A stretch of DNA of 64,000 nt, taken from NCBI GenBank assembly GCA_050273025.1, contig CP158635.1, forward strand, positions 930,001-994,000, read 5' to 3'. The notes beneath the pieces are model-generated. The model was not told the DNA's origin, ran no database searches, and saw only the letters and a list, made by a program, of their open reading frames with translations. The DNA comes from Cenococcum geophilum. Its lineage: Eukaryota. Both the position numbers and the translations under genes were made by a program. Below, in pieces: positions 40,801 through 52,828 of the stretch (position 1 is the first letter of the stretch; the number at the start of each line of letters is the position of its first letter).

Positions 40801-43800
40801 TAATACGTATAATATATATAGAGCACCTAAGGACAAAAACCGAAAGTACTTAGTAAGGATATATTAGGCACCGGATGAGGCGAAATATTAAAACGCTAAA
40901 TATATATATAGTTAGCACCTAGCGGAAGTATAAAGCTAAGGGGACTTAATACTTTAACTAGGAAGATTCCTTACGGAAGAATGCCTAGATAGATAATAGT
41001 AGTAGGAATACCTAGAGAATATATGTCTATAGTATATTAAAGACAAAAAATAAATTAGGTATTAGCTAAAAGTGGACTAAGTATAAATAGGATTAAGCAG
41101 CTAATAGTTAGGAAAAGTGGAGGCCTATATAACTAGAGGGAACTAGTAGTAGAGCCTTAGACCCTTAAAGGAATTTAAGGATAATACCTAAATTTATAAG
41201 TTAAATGGCAAGATTAACAGTTTAAAGCGTTAATAGATAGTGGAGTAACGCGAAACTATATTTTACTAGTAGCAGTTAAGAGAATGGGATTACCTTATAG
41301 ATAGAAAGAGTAACCTTATCTATTAGTTATAATTTTAGGAGATCTAATAGCCTATAGAGGAGGGATTATTAACCTTAAAATAGGACCTATTTAGATAACT
41401 ATTAAAGGAAGATAAATTAAGATATCTTTTAATATCCTACTACTAGGATAGGATAAGGCAGTATTAGGGATATCTTAGTTATAGGAATATAACCCAAAGA
41501 TCGATTAGATTATAGGTTAGGTTGATATTAAAGATACTTAATACTATAAGATGTAATAATAGGCTAAGTTAGTATAGTACTAAGTAGGAGCAACTTATAA
41601 AGAAACGGAAAAGGGATTAAGTTACGTACTAAAAAGATACTATAAGTATAGTAAGAAACTATAGTCACTGGAAAGTAAGAAGCTATTAGAGTATATAGTA
41701 TAGGACTATAAGATAGAGTTAGAACTAGGAACAAGTCTAAGGTTCTTTTTAACCTATAAGCTTACTAAAAAAAAGGTAGAGCACTAAAGGAGTTTATTTA
41801 GGAAAACCTACGTAAGGGATATATTAGACTATTACAATCATTAGCGGGTTATCTAGTACTATTCGTACTAAAGAAAAATGGTAAACTAAGGCTATATATT
41901 AACTACTAATAGTTAAACAGCATTACTAAAAAGGATAGGTATCCTTTACCCTTAATTAGCGAAATCTAAGATAGGATAGGTAACGTATAAATCTTTATAA
42001 AGATAGATCTAAGATAGGTATACCATTAGATTAGGATTAAGGAAGGCAATAAATAAAAGGCAGCCTTTAGGTCAAAAGAAGGACTATATAAACTATTAGT
42101 TATGCAATTTAGGCTTATAAATGCACTAGTAATATTCTAGAAGTGTATTAACAATATATTAGGAGAATACTTGGATGAATTTGTTATAATATATTTTAAT
42201 ATTATTATTATCTACTTAATAACTAAGAAAGAGCACGGAGAATATATTAAATAGGTCTTAAAGAGACTATAGGAAGAATAGATACTAGTAATAATTAAGA
42301 AATGCAAGTTCTTTACTAGGAAGACTGATTTTATTAGATTTATTATTAAACTAGGCCAACTTAGTATAGATCTAAAAAAGATTAAGGCTATAGTAAATTG
42401 GTAAGAACTAGAGAATATTATATAGTTAAGATTGTTTTAAGGGTTCTATAATTACTATAGAAGGTTTATAGCATAATGGTTAAAGAATATTAAACTATTT
42501 ACGCGGTTAATAAAGAAAGAAGAACTATAGGTATAGGGAGAGTAATAGCAGAAATTGTTTAAAAAAAGTTAAAAAGTTGTTTACCTAGGAGCTAGTTCTT
42601 AAGATCTATTAACTAGGACTAGAAACGGTTATAAAGACAAATATATTAGACTATATACTAGGAGCATACTTTATATAGAAATATTAAGATAGATGGCACC
42701 TAGTGGTATACTATAGTTAGAAAATAATACTACTAGAGTTAAACTATAACATCTATAATAAGGAGTTATTAGGTATAGTTATAGTACTAAAGGAATAGAG
42801 AGTGCTTTTATAAGGTATAGAGAAACTATTTATAGTTAAGACAGATTATAAGAACCTAATAGGATTCCTAATAATGAAGGAACTTAACTAAAAATAGGTT
42901 AGATAGGTAGAGATGCTTACGGAATACTATTTCAAAATTTAGTATACTAAGGGTACGGATAATATATAAGCAGATGCTCTAAGTTAAAAGGCTGAACTAT
43001 AAAATAATAAAAAGCTATTAGGGGCTTTATTGCGAAAAGATATAGACGGACTAATTAGATATAATTATCCGAAAATTACAGTAACTTAAGAAGATAACAA
43101 ACTAGATAGAGTTTATAAATTACTAGAGAGCTTTTAGGTATAAAGGATCTTTAAAGTATAACTAGAGGAATAGTTAGAACATCTAGGAGAAGAAATATTA
43201 TATAAACACAGAGAGGTAAAGTATATCCCAAGAAGTATAGCAGAGCACTTTATAGAAGATTTCTATAAGGGAATAACTTAAGAATATAATAGAGCTATAG
43301 GCTTAGTGTTAAGACTCTAGGAGGAGTATATTATTAATAAAATCTAAAGCTTAGCGCGAAAAGTTATAAAAGAATATTTAGATTACTAAAAGAATAAACT
43401 AATAAGGTATAAGCTATATAGAGGGCTATAACCTATTAAAATACTAGAGAGACTATAGGAGGTTATATTATAGGACTTTATTATTAAGTTATTAAAGTTA
43501 AGAGATCCTATTACCGGATAAGATTATAACGCAATCTTAGTAATAGTAGATAAGCTTACAAAGTGGGAATACTTTATAGTATATACGGAAGAAATATCAG
43601 CAGAAGATATCGCTAGAATCTATATTAAAGAAATATTTATAAGATATAGAGCACTAAGTAAGATTATATTAGATAGAGATCTAAGATTTATAGCAGTATT
43701 TTAGGAAGTATTCTTAGCGGAATAAGGAGTTAGAGTAGTAACTTCTACTATATATTATCCGCAAATGGATAGTTAAATAGAAAGATTAAATTAGACACTA

Positions 43801-45657
43801 GAATAGTATCTAAAACATTATATTAATTATACACAGAATAATTAGGTATCGCTATTACCAGTTATATAGTTTATATATAATACAACACCATAGGAAGAAA
43901 TAGGCATATTACTATTTAAGGCAAATTATAGATATAAGCTAAGAATATCATTATTACTATAGTAAGCGAAGAAAATAAGTAGTATAGCTAAAGAGAGAAT
44001 AAAGACGTTAATAAATCTTTATATAGACCTTATGGAATTAGTAAAGAAAGTATAAGAGAGAATAAAAAAGTACTATAATGCTAAGAGATCTAAGGGACTG
44101 GATCTTAAGGAGGGAGATAAAGTATGGCTACTATATAAAATTTTTAAGAGTTAACAACTAAGTAAGAAATTAGACTATATTAGACTAGGACCTTTTAAAA
44201 TTAAGTAAAGGATTTTACCGGTTATATTTAAGTTAAACCTACTAGCTAAAATAAAGATTTACCCTATATAGCATATTGTAATGCTAGAGCTAGTATATGG
44301 AAATATTAAGCCACTAGTTTATAAAGTAGATACGTATAAAGGATAGAAAGAAGACAAATAGTAAGTTTTAAAGATTATTAACTATAAGGATATTAAGAAC
44401 GAAATATAGTATAAGGTTAAGTGGATAGGCTATAATAAGACTACCTAGAAACTATTAGAGAATTTAAAAAACGTTATAGGAAAGGTATAGGAGTATCGGA
44501 AGAGATTAGGTTAGGTAGTATTAATAAAGAAGGATTATTAAAGAATAAGTTACCTAAGGGGGACCTAAGAAGAGCAGTTGCCGAACTACTTAGATCTATT
44601 TCCTTCTTAGATAGAAGAGAATCTATTCTTTTATTACTAAGTTCCTACAGACCCTATTTTATAAGCTTCTACTCCTTAGAATAAACCTTCTTATAAACCT
44701 TCTTAAGATAAAGTAACTAAGTAGACGCCGCGATACGGGCCTTAAGAGCCTTCTACTCTATACTATAAGAACGTTCTAACTTAGTAAGAGCTTAAAATAG
44801 TTTACTATCTAGCTGCGTAGCAGTAGATTAAATATAAGACCCTAAAACAAATTAATTAGGGAACTAGACAACTATTAAGAGTAATAGGTTACGTATATTT
44901 AGTATTAAAGATAAAGCGAACGTCATAGGATAAATAAATATTTGCTTTAGTATACTCTAAGTAAAAGGACGGTTGTCGCGAAGATAGACTCGCCAACGCT
45001 ATATAGACTAACCCCTCTTTTAAATAACAAGAACACAGAGACGGTTTAATCTCGCTAAGAGATAATATTGCAGTAATAGTATAAGTATAACGTTGCGCCT
45101 GCGAAAAGGAAGGAGTTTTAGGTATAATAAGTAACAATATTAACTAAATTAATTAAACGGACATTATACCTCTAGTAAATAACTTAGAGATATTTAAAAT
45201 CTTTAAGGACGAAGATAAAGAGGAAGGAGATAGTATTACGGACGCTTTAAGTACAATGTTATAACTACTTAGAAAGGAGTTAGAAGAAGCTAGTTAGTTA
45301 ATATAGGCACGGTCCAGAATGGAGCCGATAGAGCTATATAACGAGGAATAGTAACTAAGGTTATATAACGTTGTACGCAGTATACGCAGTGTATAAAGGG
45401 AATGTACGTACAATATATATAACACGTACATTACGTATAAAGGGGATTTCTTAGGAGTACAGTTGTGTATTTAAAGGACCACAGTCCCTACCTAGATAGT
45501 TCTCTCCTTTATAGTAATTCTTAGAATATAATTGGAGTTAATCTATTAGGCAACCACTCCACTAGTTATTATTACGTTATTAGCTTTAATTTGCATTACC
45601 TATATACCTAGCCCATTAACGAGCCTACCGTAGTACCTGCTATAAGGTTCCGTTACA
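37895..45657 (+). mobile_element. Ty3/Gypsy chromovirus E (C family), full length, no nested insertion, RIPed
   Basis: 424-bp LTRs at 37895-38318 and 45234-45657; TSD ATAGT at 37890-37894 and 45658-45662. gag MPPKAAT at 38364, protease ALIDSG ~41225, then RT, RNase H, integrase, chromodomain ~44350-44500 and a PPT before the 3' LTR. Confidence 0.95.
44550..45125 (-). pseudogene. Antisense Zn(II)2Cys6-like/coiled-coil accessory gene of element E
   Basis: ORF 44889-45137 reads LCSCYLKEGLVY...FYLEYTK...SYDV, with TAT/TAC at the Cys positions; aligns with the C and F copies. Confidence 0.65.
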
Positions 45658-46617
45658 ATAGTAAAAGAGTAAAGCTTAGGATACTAGCGCGTCTATAGGC
45701 TTACTATAGCAGTAATAGTTACTAGGGAGGTTAAAAGTAAGGATATAGAGGGCTATAGGCGACCCGTAGGCGACTTATAGGCGCTAAGTAGGCGGGGCTT
45801 AAAGGTAGAGAGATAGAATACGGTTTTTCTTATAGAGTTTTCTCCCTATATATATAAAAGGTATAATCTGTATAGGCCTAACAGGGATCCAAATCGGACG
45901 TTAAGTAATAAATAAATAATAATAATAATAAATAAGAGATAAATTAAAATCCTTAACTTCTTAAACTCTAGAAAATATATTATACGATATTATATAGATA
46001 GAAGATAAACTTAGATATAGTATAAAGTTTTAATATACTAAGAAATATTATAATATTATCTGAATATTAGTAGTATTAGCAATACCGATATTTTGTTAGT
46101 GCTAGCACTAATACACGTTATTTTATTCATGCACGGGCCTTCTTCTCTTAGGCTAAGGGATAGGAGATCTAGATAGCGCTAAGACGCGTCACAACCCATA
46201 TATAACAACCAACTATACCTTTAGAACTCCTCTAATCCGTATTGAACCTTAGCGACACCCCTAGCAATATATTCAGAACTTAGACGGAATGAAGGGAAAG
46301 AGCAATTAGCAACGTGAAACGCTGACCGTAGATTTTGAGGAATAATTCTGCAGCATAGTACTGCATTAGTGAACTATTTCATAGCTTCATATAGCACAGC
46401 TCATATATCGTAGCATTTCGTCCAGCTGGTTGCTGTATTCTTTGCTTAGGAGTTGGCCATATGCCAAAGCAGGCATGAGAGTGATAATATCATTTAAGAA
46501 AGTTAAGGTATATATATAGGATTTGGAGACTATAGCCTTAAAACTTTGCTGATTAGGATATTCACCTGATTTCTTTTGGTGCACCCAGCAGTCAACAATT
46601 ACGATGACGATGCATGC

Positions 46618-48431
46618 TCACGGTCCTTTGCCTTCCTCAACACCAACCTTCTCACCCTTCTCACCCTTCTCACCATTCCCATCTGCAAGATATCCTAGCT
46701 GCGCCCTCAGCCCTTCCTTTCCAACCTTCATCGCTTGTTGTAGCTCTATCTCTTCCTGCCGCAGTCTGCCTTTTCCGAACTCGAGGTCACGCTGCTGCCG
46801 TCGTTTCTCCTCTTGTACCCTCTCTTCTCGCTCCGCAAGAGCTTTCTCTCGCCTCGCTCTCTCGGCACGCTTCTTCGCCAGCTCCGCCTCTTCTTCAGTC
46901 GAGAGCGAGGAACCGTCAGGGGCAGGTGGGAGGGTTGATATGTAAGTCTCAACAAGCGGGTCACGAGTTGAGGTCGGGAGAGAGATAAACCGAATATCTG
47001 TAAGCAGCGCAGGAGGGAGGGCAGCAAGCGACGTTGAGCGATTGAGCACCGAAAGCGGTAACGACTTCAGCAAAGTGGAAAGGTCTGATTTCAAGGTACT
47101 CTGAGATAATTTCAGTCGATTTATGTGCTCTCGGTAACACTTCTCCCTCTCTTTGTCTGAAAGCTTCATGTCTTTCATTTCAGGCACCTTTTTGTATTTG
47201 CGGCGGAACTCTGGCCAGTACAATTTCGGCGTAGCATGCTTCTGTAAAAATGCCAAGTACGGAATCTTTGGATCTTTCTTCTCCTGCTTTTCACGCTGTT
47301 CTTTTAGCGCTTGAATCTTGTCCCGGGCCCACTCGCCCCAGCACTCTTTTCGCGACTTCATGTTTGGAAGGACAGTGTAGCGGTCGTCTTGGATGATATG
47401 GCCATCTTCAATGATCTTTTCCCAGGTGGAGTACGGGTTTATATGGCAATCATCCAGAAGGTCTCTGAATAGAGCTTTCGAGTCTTCTTCGGTCAGAGGA
47501 AGGCCTTCAGCGCCCTCTTCCCATTCTTCGTCTTCGGCGTTGCCGTACTCGCTAGGGTCGAGGCCGTAGTCCTGGCCCATAGCAGCTAATTGGTATGCTA
47601 TATCATTCTCATCGAATTCAATAGGCTGGTCGTTACCCGGCTCTTCTGTGCGTTGTCGTTTAGGCGCACTTCCTTCGTCCTCTTCATTGTCAGTAACCTC
47701 AACCTCCTCGTATTCACTTGAGTCTTCCTCTCCTTCATCACGCGTATGCTTCGTGTGGCTTCTTGTGTCTGCTTCGGCAGAGACCTCTTCATCTGGTTCG
47801 ACCATATCCTGGTCCTCATCCTCGCTAGGTTCTCCTCGCTCTCTCCTTTCCTTCTTTTCCCGCTCTATCCGATCAAATTCCACCACACCCTTCATGACGT
47901 CAGCAGGGAACTTCCAAAAACTCTCATTCGTCTCTGTATTATACACAAATCGCCTTCCAATTTTGGTTTTCACCAATACCCACGGCTTGCATCCTGGTAT
48001 GCCGTACCGATGTTTAGGCCTATCCTCAGGCTCACCTCTGTGGCGGTCTTGGGAACTGTGGCCACCTCGGAAACCACCTCGACCGCGGTTTTGCCCACCA
48101 TGGAAATTCTGGTGTTCGTAATTATTGAAGTTTCCGCCATAAGACCCGCCCATGGATGCGCCTGCGAAGCTGGGAGTCTGATACGGTATTGTAGGTGTAA
48201 ATTGCCGAGGAGAGAATTGCGGCTGGGCAACGGGCCGGACGTATGTAGATTGCTTCGTCTGGTGGTTGTAGTAGTATAAGTGACCTGTTGTCTGTGATCA
48301 GCTATGTACATGTTAGTATTGAGCTTGGTAGATTAAATGATACCTGTCGGCGCTTTGTGTTCAGTCCACCCGGGTGGTAGGGGTGGAAGCCCAGGTGGAG
48401 GCTTTTGAGGCAGGTGAGCAGGCCCCAACAT
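46618..48431 (-). CDS. WW- and FF-domain pre-mRNA splicing factor (Urn1/Dre4/TCERG1-like), 584 aa
   Basis: Exons 48344-48431 and 46618-48284 (GT-AG intron with TACTAAC branch) give WW LPPGWTEHKAPTGHLYYYN..T..STY.RP, a second WW-like motif, FF domain FRDLL....INPYSTWE and a coiled-coil tail. Confidence 0.9.
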
Positions 48432-48685
48432 GTTGGAGGGTAAAATAATTTAATAGCGTGGTGAGGATTTGTGAAACTCTTGCATGCTGGTCTTGAGCCT
48501 CATTGACGTTGCTCAGAAAGTCATCAGGCTTGGCGCGGCGGTTCACCGACGCGTATGAGCTTGTGCCTGGAGCTCTCCGTCAACTACCAACCTCTACAGC
48601 TGTTTGCGCAGTCTTCCGCTTCGCAATCCCCCTCTCTGCTTTTCTATACCTCTCTTTGGCTATTGTTGCATAGCTCAAGCCCAAA
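48432..48685. promoter_or_regulatory. 254-bp bidirectional promoter with GGAGCT (candidate Rpn4-type proteasome element) at 48569-48574
   Basis: Divergent ATGs at 48431 and 48686; motif assignment relies on recalled literature for filamentous ascomycetes. Confidence 0.5.
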
Positions 48686-49630
48686 ATGTCAAGAAGATAC
48701 GACTCAAGAGTGAGACCTTGTCAGCCATTCATTTTCGAAGCAAGCCCTGCTAACAAATGGGCTCAAGACAACCATCTTCTCCCCAGAAGGCCGTCTCTAC
48801 CAAGTCGAATATGCTTTGGAGGCCATCTCCCACGCTGGCACAGCATTAGGCATTCTAGCACAAGACGGAATCGTTCTCGCTGCGGAAAGGAAAGTCACCA
48901 GCAAGCTGCTTGAGCAAGATACCTCTGCAGAGAAGCTGTACATTCTAAACGAGTGCGTTGCCCTATTGGTCCTAATTTACTGCTGAGCTGCGTTATTGAT
49001 ATTGAGATTGCAGTAATATGATCTGTGCTGTAGCAGGCATGACCGCCGATGCCAACATCCTGATCAATTATGCCCGCCAAGCCGCTCAACGCTACCTTCT
49101 CACCTACAACGAAGACATTCCGTGCGAACAGCTCGTACGCCGTCTATGCGATCTTAAGCAAGGATATACACAACATGGTGGTCTACGACCCTTTGGTGTC
49201 TCGTTCATCTACGCCGGCTACGACCCCCAACGCCAATTTCAGCTTTACCAGAGTAATCCCAGTGGGAACTATGGTGGGTGGAAAGCGACGAGCGTGGGGG
49301 CGAACAATGCGAGCGCGCAGAGTTTGTTGAAGCAGGACTACAAGGAAGAGTGTGATCTGAAGGAGGCTTGTGGGTTGGCTGTTAAGGTGTTAAGCAAGAC
49401 GATGGATTCGACGAAGTTGAGCAGCGAGAAGAGTGAGCTGTCTCCCCACGCCCGTAAAATTATATCTTTGACGGCAGCTGACATTTGAAATAGTCGAGTT
49501 TGCAACAGTGGGTAGGACGAAGACGGGAAAGATTTACCACCATTTGTGGGGAGCGGATGAAATTGATGCTTTGTTGAAGGAACACGGCTTAGCGAAGGCA
49601 GAGGACTCGGATATGACTGAAGGTACTTAG
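48686..49630 (+). CDS. PRE9: 20S proteasome subunit alpha-3
   Basis: Exons 48686-48709, 48768-48952, 49014-49432 and 49494-49630 give [32 protein letters not shown]...[18 protein letters not shown]...IEFATVG. Confidence 0.97.
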
Positions 49631-50402
49631 TGTAGTTTGGGAGAATAGAACAGGGAATTGGTAAAACTCATCGTACCTCACTTCATAGTTGGGTCTGTAA
49701 TATACCACTTCAGGTGAGATGAAACGGTTTTCTGTCTTAAAGACCCTTAGTTTGGGTTCTGACTTTAGTTTGTGCATCATGAGTGGCATACATTGTTGCA
49801 CGTCTTGTCAATATACCTTTTCCGTCATACTTACAGTCCAATGCTGCCGATTTGTCTTGTCCTCCTACAACACTCGCTCCTTCCTAATCTATTGAATGTT
49901 AACTCCGCCAGCCTCGTAGCTTCTTTGGCTGTCTAAGATGGTTACCCTAAAAGTAGCGCGGTTGAGCTCAATAAGTTCTGAACATGAAAACTTCTGCGAA
50001 ATTTGGACTTAGCCACAACTCTCTTTCCTTTGCATCCTATATGGCTCGGTAAATACCGCTAATCACACTTTAAACATGAAATCAACTCGAGCAACATCTG
50101 TCGATTTAATTTCCTATAAGCGGAGGCTCTCGGGGCTGCTAGACGAAATCAATGAGACTATTCCTCCAGAGCAGCATGCGATAAAACACCGGTCAACATC
50201 CCCTTGGACTGGTGGCAACCAGCAAGCTCGTTAAGCTTGAGACAGCTTTAATCTTATGATCGACGTCGATCCCAAGGGGCTCTATTACCGACACTAAGTA
50301 CAAACAACACCTGAGACCAGGCAACAACGGCAACACTCAGTAGACATTTAATAGCCAACTCAAATCTCAACTTGAATCTCACCTCATATCATTGCTGGAA
50401 GT

Positions 50403-50861
50403 ATGGGGAGCTCTCCCATCGCATGCAGACCGTCGCTGGACACCCCAATTTTATACACGGGTTATGTGAGAAGCATCTCCAATTCTTTGCCCGAGCCTAC
50501 GCCCGACTCGCCTTCCTGCTCATTCCCTAACGATGGTGAAGTTTCTCCTCTCTCTACATCTCTCTCATCTCAGCCATCGTCTCCGGAATCTCCTCCGGAA
50601 TCTCCTTATAACAATCGATCCATAACTACTAGCGCAATTGGACCCCCACCACCTTCCTGTGTCCTTCCATTACACATCATAGATTTAGAATTCTCTGTCT
50701 ACTACCAAACCCACAGATCTCCGCAGCCTAACCAGCGTTTATGCCTCCGCTGCTTTCGGACGCGAGGCGCGTTTGAGCCGGTCTCAGAAGAAATGGATGG
50801 CGTCCGTTACGTTTGTGGAGAGAACAAAGTGCCGAACAATTACTTTTGCGATTTCGATTGA
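50403..50861 (+). CDS. Hypothetical protein, Ser/Pro-rich with C-terminal Cys motif (CLRCF...YVCG...FCD)
   Basis: ATG-initiated 152-aa ORF in GC-balanced DNA; no family recognised. Confidence 0.45.
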   Translation: MGSSPIACRPSLDTPILYTGYVRSISNSLPEPTPDSPSCSFPNDGEVSPLSTSLSSQPSSPESPPESPYNNRSITTSAIGPPPPSCVLPLHIIDLEFSVYYQTHRSPQPNQRLCLRCFRTRGAFEPVSEEMDGVRYVCGENKVPNNYFCDFD

Positions 50862-52828
50862 TATTGCTTGACTGGTGACGGCAGAAGAGGCGCGCTTGGT
50901 AGTGTCTAGGATGTTTATTGTTTTCATTTGACCGGCGAGGTTTTTACCTCGACTTCTGTCATTTCCTTATTAAGAGCGCCGTTTTATGGTGATGAACTAT
51001 ACTTTCGCATGCTGTTCCCAAGTTGGTGATGCTTGAAGTCTTATTGAGAGTCATTTTCAGATATTAAGCATTCCCAGGTGCCACGAAAACCCCTTTTATA
51101 GCTGCATCATTAAGTCCCCTGGGAATAAATAGATTTGCGGATAGCTTGGAAATTGAATTCTGGTTTCCGAGGTCGGTATTCGGTGCCCGAGGTACTCAGT
51201 GCTGTTATTCTGGTGTTCGGGGATAGTCACTGGACAGCACCTTCAAGGAATAAGAAATTGGAATGGTTTGCTTTACGTCATGAGCAGAATATGAAACTTA
51301 TTACTCGTTTGCTACTCATTTGGACTGCAAGTCACTAATCCCTTCAATATTTTGCTCTAATTCGGGTTCAATTTTTGACAACGAAGCCCCTAGCATTTGC
51401 ACCACGTAGTCAAATTACTTACTCCAAGCCAACCCGATATCAGTATAGAATCCTCCTGAATGCATATATAACCATGTTCTATGTACGCTCACTAATGTAT
51501 GAGTCCTATTTTGCACCAGCAAAACTGCTAGAATCCTTACTAAAGACCCATCCGGGGGGCAGACCTTCGACGATCACTTCAAGGCATCTCAGGAGACGAA
51601 GATATACGCTGGGTCCCGTGAAAATCCACGGGCAAAATAATATCATTCGGAAAAGGCGGCATCCAAGAATTACTAGCTACGAGAAGCTTCTGTTCGAAAG
51701 GCGGCCACTAACCCAACTGTGAGGCAAACGACAATGAAAACGATGATAGGATGGGGTGGCGGAGACAGGAGCTGTAGTAAGGTCAGGGATTAGACCAGGA
51801 TACAAAGAAAGCAGCGAAGGCATGGAGAGGCTCGGGGCATTCTAATGAATAACCCTTATTAAAAATGGTAAACGGTGCCTGATAAGAGGAGATACAGATG
51901 TTTGAAGTACTGGAAAATGTCTCAGCAATGGAATTATAATGATTTGAATGAGTTCTCCAAAATGTGTGGGGGATGGAGAGTTGTTGGTGCGAATGGGAGA
52001 ATAATATCGGCACATGGGTACGAAAAATTAAGCAGTTAACGATGAGTATGTTGATTTTATTACCTCATGTGATCAATTTTATAGGAGATACAACTCGGCT
52101 AGCTATGTTTCTATTTATGGACACTCATTAGAGGATAATAACAATATCGAAACGTATATGGTATTGTTAAGTAATAGTTTACTATCAAAAGACCCGAGCA
52201 ACGCGCTTTTAATAATTAATTACATTTCATGAGGATAATTAAAAGAGTCCGGCTTTCGGTAATGCGAACTTTTACTTACAGGTGACGGGCACTGTCATGT
52301 TACCAATCATCTCGCAGAAAATTTGGGTGTACGTGTTGCCTTACCGTTTAGTATGAAATCAAGCCTAGTGATCTCTAGTTCCCGCCAACGAAGTTGGTAA
52401 TTTGTCTGCAAGCTAGCCAATAATAGAACTACACGAAGGCATAATCTTTCCGTTGGCATTCTTCGGCTCACGGAATCGCTTTGTGCCACCCTCATCTCTT
52501 CCATCATTCAACCCCCACAATTCATCATGTTGAACCATTTAACATCGCCATGTGGAAGCCAGCGACTCGGAATTCTGTTAGACGGTAAAACTTAACGGGG
52601 CTAAGACATGGTGTGTGTATGCTCTCGTAGAATTGGTAACTTGACAGCTCTGCGCCAGCGACCTCCCGGACACCGATGTCCTGTCATGTTCGTTGAGAAA
52701 CCTGGGTCATCCACATTTCTTCGTGCGCTCGTTTTTTTCGCTTTTCTCTTTTCTACGGGACAATTGACTTTATTATCATCAACAGGCCTTCCTAAATGTG
52801 ACAGGAGTCGGTGATCTTTTCTTCCAAT

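Larger units (their letters stand above)
1..46300. other. AT-rich, RIP-mutated nested transposon block
   Basis: Every TE reading frame is broken by TAA/TAG derived from CAA/CAG/TGG, and paired repeats differ almost only by C>T/G>A. Intact, GC-balanced genes begin abruptly at ~46600. Confidence 0.93.

Noticed and set aside
45660..45935. Possible LINE 3' end with (AAT)n tail
   Set aside because: No recognisable RT/RNase H motif or TSD; too degraded to support.
1..46300. Starship-type giant element suggested by a tyrosine recombinase
   Set aside because: The recombinase is Crypton/Ndc10-type, not recognisably DUF3435, and is confined to a 2.9-kb unit without cargo.
46604..48279. Plus-strand ORFs overlapping the WW/FF gene
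   Set aside because: Antisense shadows of a charged, low-complexity coding region.
51135..52814. Several short ORFs in the intergenic region
   Set aside because: No domain similarity, mostly non-ATG starts, and no convincing splice structure.
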